A stretch of DNA of 64,000 nt. Origin: Albugo candida. Taxonomy: Eukaryota. The stretch is from contig JBDOQK010000001.1 of NCBI GenBank assembly GCA_040437565.1, positions 682,001-746,000 of the forward strand. The letters run 5' to 3'. The first letter of the stretch is position 1. Every line of letters starts with the position of its first letter. A program made the position numbers and the translations under genes. Below, piece by piece: positions 60,913-64,000 of the stretch. A model generated the notes under the pieces. That model had not been told where the DNA came from. It did no database searches and saw only the letters and a list, made by a program, of their open reading frames with translations.

Positions 60913-63106
60913 ATGCTGACTCATCGAAAAACCAAGTCGACTTCTGCGTTGAGCTCGGAGGCGAGTAAACGATCAGGAAATTCAAAAAATAATATTGCAG
61001 TACATTCAATAATTCACGAAAAGTACGAGCGCAAATGCTACGAGGTTCCAAGGCTATCTAAACGGCAATTCTCAGTCTTTATCGCACTTCTAAGCGGTAT
61101 CCTGGGAGCGCTTTGCTATCAGATATTCTACCTCGATCGCAGTATTCCAGAGCTCTCTTTCATGCTACCTGCGGATTCTGTGCGAAATCTTTTCGAAAAA
61201 ATGAATGCAATGGATTGGTCGAAACGCATGCGGGATGACTTTTTCGCTTCTTTTGACTTGCGGCCATCCGCACAACAGTCAGGAGACACAGATCGACCAG
61301 GCATACAGCTTGCGCAGAATAATACCGTTGGCTACTCACCGATTGTGATGCTTCCTGGATTCACATCAACGGGCCTGGAGATCTGGGAAGGCCGCGAATG
61401 TAGTCGAGCGTACTTTCGGCAGCGAATTTGGGGTACAGCTCGAATGTTGCAGCAGTTCATGATGAATCAGGTATGGGAGTGATGTTATATCGCAGAGGTA
61501 TAGATGGTAATTAATTCGTAGAGGTGCTGGCTGGAGCATGTTATGCTCAATCGAAGCTCCGGGTTGGACCCGAACGGCGTCAAACTACGACCAGCTGCTG
61601 GACTTGAGGCTGCTGATTATGTGATTGGAGGTTACTGGGTATGGGGAAAGATTATTGAGAATCTCGCAGATATTGGCTACGATACAAACTCGATGTTTAT
61701 GGCCTCCTTTGACTGGCGCTTGGCACCATTTCTTCTCGAGAAGCGGGACCAATATTTCACCAAGTTGCGGTATATGATTGAAATGGCTAAAACATCAAAT
61801 GGAGACCGGAAAGTGGTCATCATTGCTCATAGTTATGCCTCACAAGTTTGGCTCTACTTCATGAAATGGGTAGAAAGCGATCAAGGAGGAAAGCAAGGGA
61901 ACAGATGGATCGATCAGCATATTGAGGCATTCATCAGTATTGCTGGATCTATGCTTGGTGCTACAAAATCTGTAAGCGCACTGCTGTCTGGCGAGATGAA
62001 AGATACAGCTGAGCTCGGTGGACTGGCAAAGATTCTGGGCTATTTCTTTGGGCACCCGGCTCGGGCTTCGCTGGCTCGATCATGGCCCAGGTGAGTCGAA
62101 TGAATGTTTTTATTGCGAAGTGTGGCTGATTACTATCGCTAGTGTGTCAACAATGTTACCAATTGGTGGTAACATAGTCTGGGGAAACAGTACTTATGCA
62201 CCAGATGACTTGACCTCTCGATTCGCTACTCCTGCAAGCGATTCCACTGGTGAGGAGGCTGACAGATATGGAGAACACGACAGACAAAGTTCACACATGA
62301 AGGAGTTGAATAAAAAGTTCAATCAGGAAGTCTACGAGCACATTACGCGTCATGGAAGCAATGGTCTGATTGTACGCTTTGGTGCGGATTCCGGGACCTC
62401 GAATATCACCGCAAATGAGCTTCTTGAGCTTCTCGGAAATGTGGATGAGAAATTACGATACTTTCATTCCCAAGCCAAAACCAGTGAGGTCGCAGCGAAT
62501 GCATCTGACCCCAAATATGACCACCCCAAATACTGGTCCAATCCGCTCGCAGCAAGCTTACCCTACGCACCAAACATGAAGCTGTTTTGCTTGTATGGAA
62601 TCGGAAAACCTGTGGAGCGTGCTTATTTGTACAAACGAGCTCCAAGAACAATCGATGAGTCTATCCAGACAAGCTGCGACTCCGAAAGCGCTGCCGAAGA
62701 ATGTTCCAGAATCGTTCCCCACATTCTGGACACGGAGTATATGGACCCACCTTGGATCAAAGCTGGCATTCATTTTGTCGATGGAGACGGAACGGTACCG
62801 CTTGTATCATTGGGATATATGTGTGCGCGTGGCTGGCGGCCAACTGAAGAAGAAAAAGCTCGTGGCTGGAATCTGAACCCAGGAAGTGTTGACGTTCGTT
62901 CTCGGGAATACATACACAATCCAGTCTCGCTGATAAAAGACCCTCGTGGAGGCCCAGAAACTTCCGATCATGTCGATATTATGGGGAATCATGCGCTGAT
63001 CCGAGATGTACTCCACATTGTCGCAAAAGAATACGACAAAGTCTCCAACCACGTGCTCTCAGAAATCCATCAGATCGCTGACCGCGTGCGCATCCCTGGA
63101 TCATAG
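60913..63106 (+). CDS. PDAT: Phospholipid:diacylglycerol acyltransferase (LCAT family), 3 exons
   Basis: It has an N-terminal TM segment, PIVMLPGFTSTGLEIW, YFRQRIWG, GYWVWGKIIENLADIGYD, FDWRLA, AHSYA, ALLSGEMKDT, DGDGTVP and DHVDIMG. Introns are 61471-61521 and 62091-62142. Confidence 0.93.
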
Positions 63107-63226
63107 ACTTTAAACCAATTATATGAAGCAAATAGGCTGCTTCCGCGATAAATAGCCAATCCTATAGCACTGGTGTTCTTTTTGTTCAATCAATTTCATT
63201 CTTGGCTGGTTGGTTCCAACGCGAAA

Positions 63227-64000
63227 ATGCCAAAAGCTCCACGAAATGTCAAGAGTAAACGCTCGTGTCCTTTGGAAAAACAGCTCGCATACGATAAGAT
63301 ACCATGGTACGAAAGTAAAAAAAATGGAAATGCTGTCAGCCAAAGTGATTTGGATGCAGTAAGTGAGGAAGATGAGCCTGAAAAGGTGACAGAGAAAACA
63401 ATAAGACTTGCCCGAGAACAGCAACAGGAAGAGCAGAATCGAACTCGGAATCCGAAACTAATGGTCGGAAATAGTAATCAAAAGGCTGAAAGCAGCGACG
63501 AAGGCTCGGACGATGATGATATGAGAGGAACAGACAGCGAAGAGGACGATTTGATCAAAGTCGAAGATGGTTACGTGCAGGAAGTCGAGCTTTTTGAAGA
63601 AGATGAGAGCGTTCTTGCAAGCTTTATGATGCCCTCTGCCTCTGAACGACGTAACTTGGCAGATATTATCATGGAAAAAATTCAACAGAAGGAAGCTGGT
63701 GAAGGAGAGATTGCAAGCAGCACATTGGAACGACAGTTTGATCCAAAAATTGTTCAAGTGTATACAGGCGTGGGAAAAATCTTGCATCGATACACGTCAG
63801 GGAAACTGCCGAAAGCTTTCAAAGTGATTCCGAGTCTGAGTTATTGGGAAGATATTTTGTGGCTAACAGAACCCAGTAAATGGTCACCTCATTCTATGTA
63901 TGCAACCACACGAATTTTTGCATCCAATTTGAACCCAAAAATGGCCGAGCGATTCTATAATATATTCTTATTAGAACATGTGCGTCAAGATATACGAGAC
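63227..64000 (+). CDS. BYSL: Bystin/Enp1 (40S biogenesis), 5' part; runs off the window end
   Basis: This ORF is not in the ORF track. The open frame from ATG 63227 gives RLAREQQQE, RNLADIIMEKI, VYTGVGKILHRYTSGKLPKAFKVIP, W.DILWLTEP..WSPH and ATTRIFASNL. Confidence 0.93.
   Translation, partial: MPKAPRNVKSKRSCPLEKQLAYDKIPWYESKKNGNAVSQSDLDAVSEEDEPEKVTEKTIRLAREQQQEEQNRTRNPKLMVGNSNQKAESSDEGSDDDDMRGTDSEEDDLIKVEDGYVQEVELFEEDESVLASFMMPSASERRNLADIIMEKIQQKEAGEGEIASSTLERQFDPKIVQVYTGVGKILHRYTSGKLPKAFKVIPSLSYWEDILWLTEPSKWSPHSMYATTRIFASNLNPKMAERFYNIFLLEHVRQDIRD

Noticed and set aside
1..64000. CRISPR arrays, rRNA, prokaryotic operons, and oomycete INR/FPR core promoter calls
   Set aside because: No repeat-spacer arrays or rRNA are seen and the DNA is eukaryotic. 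Promoter motif matches were too short and degenerate to support.

Overview
Eukaryotic, intron-containing, gene-dense DNA that looks like an oomycete. An Albugo-like taxon is inferred from the compact intergenic spaces, 45-80 nt introns, a FYVE-GAF protein, a Crinkler N-terminus and flagellar DAW1. Positions 2-41 kb and 59-64 kb carry about 19 housekeeping or signalling genes: F-box, PH-CAMK-EF kinase, Rsa3-domain protein, POT transporter, FYVE-GAF, cNMP-binding protein, KRI1, cyclin-P/U, CK1, PRELI, PP4R1, DAW1, NBR1-like, PNUTS-like, Rieske, B-box/DUF2009, PDAT and bystin. Positions 41.2-58.85 kb are a gene desert with decayed Ty3/gypsy and copia fragments, an acidic-protein pseudogene, a tRNA-like relic and a foldback/MITE-like inverted repeat. 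The scaffold has eleven 100-N gaps. Nine have directly duplicated flanks (unmerged overlaps), so several apparent duplications are assembly artefacts. The main structural signal is that the B-box/DUF2009 gene is split: its 5' exon ends at a gap (41102) and the same 262 bp reappear 18 kb downstream, bracketing the whole gene desert. No clearly novel multi-gene system is demonstrable from sequence alone. All domain calls come from motif recognition by eye, not from database searches.
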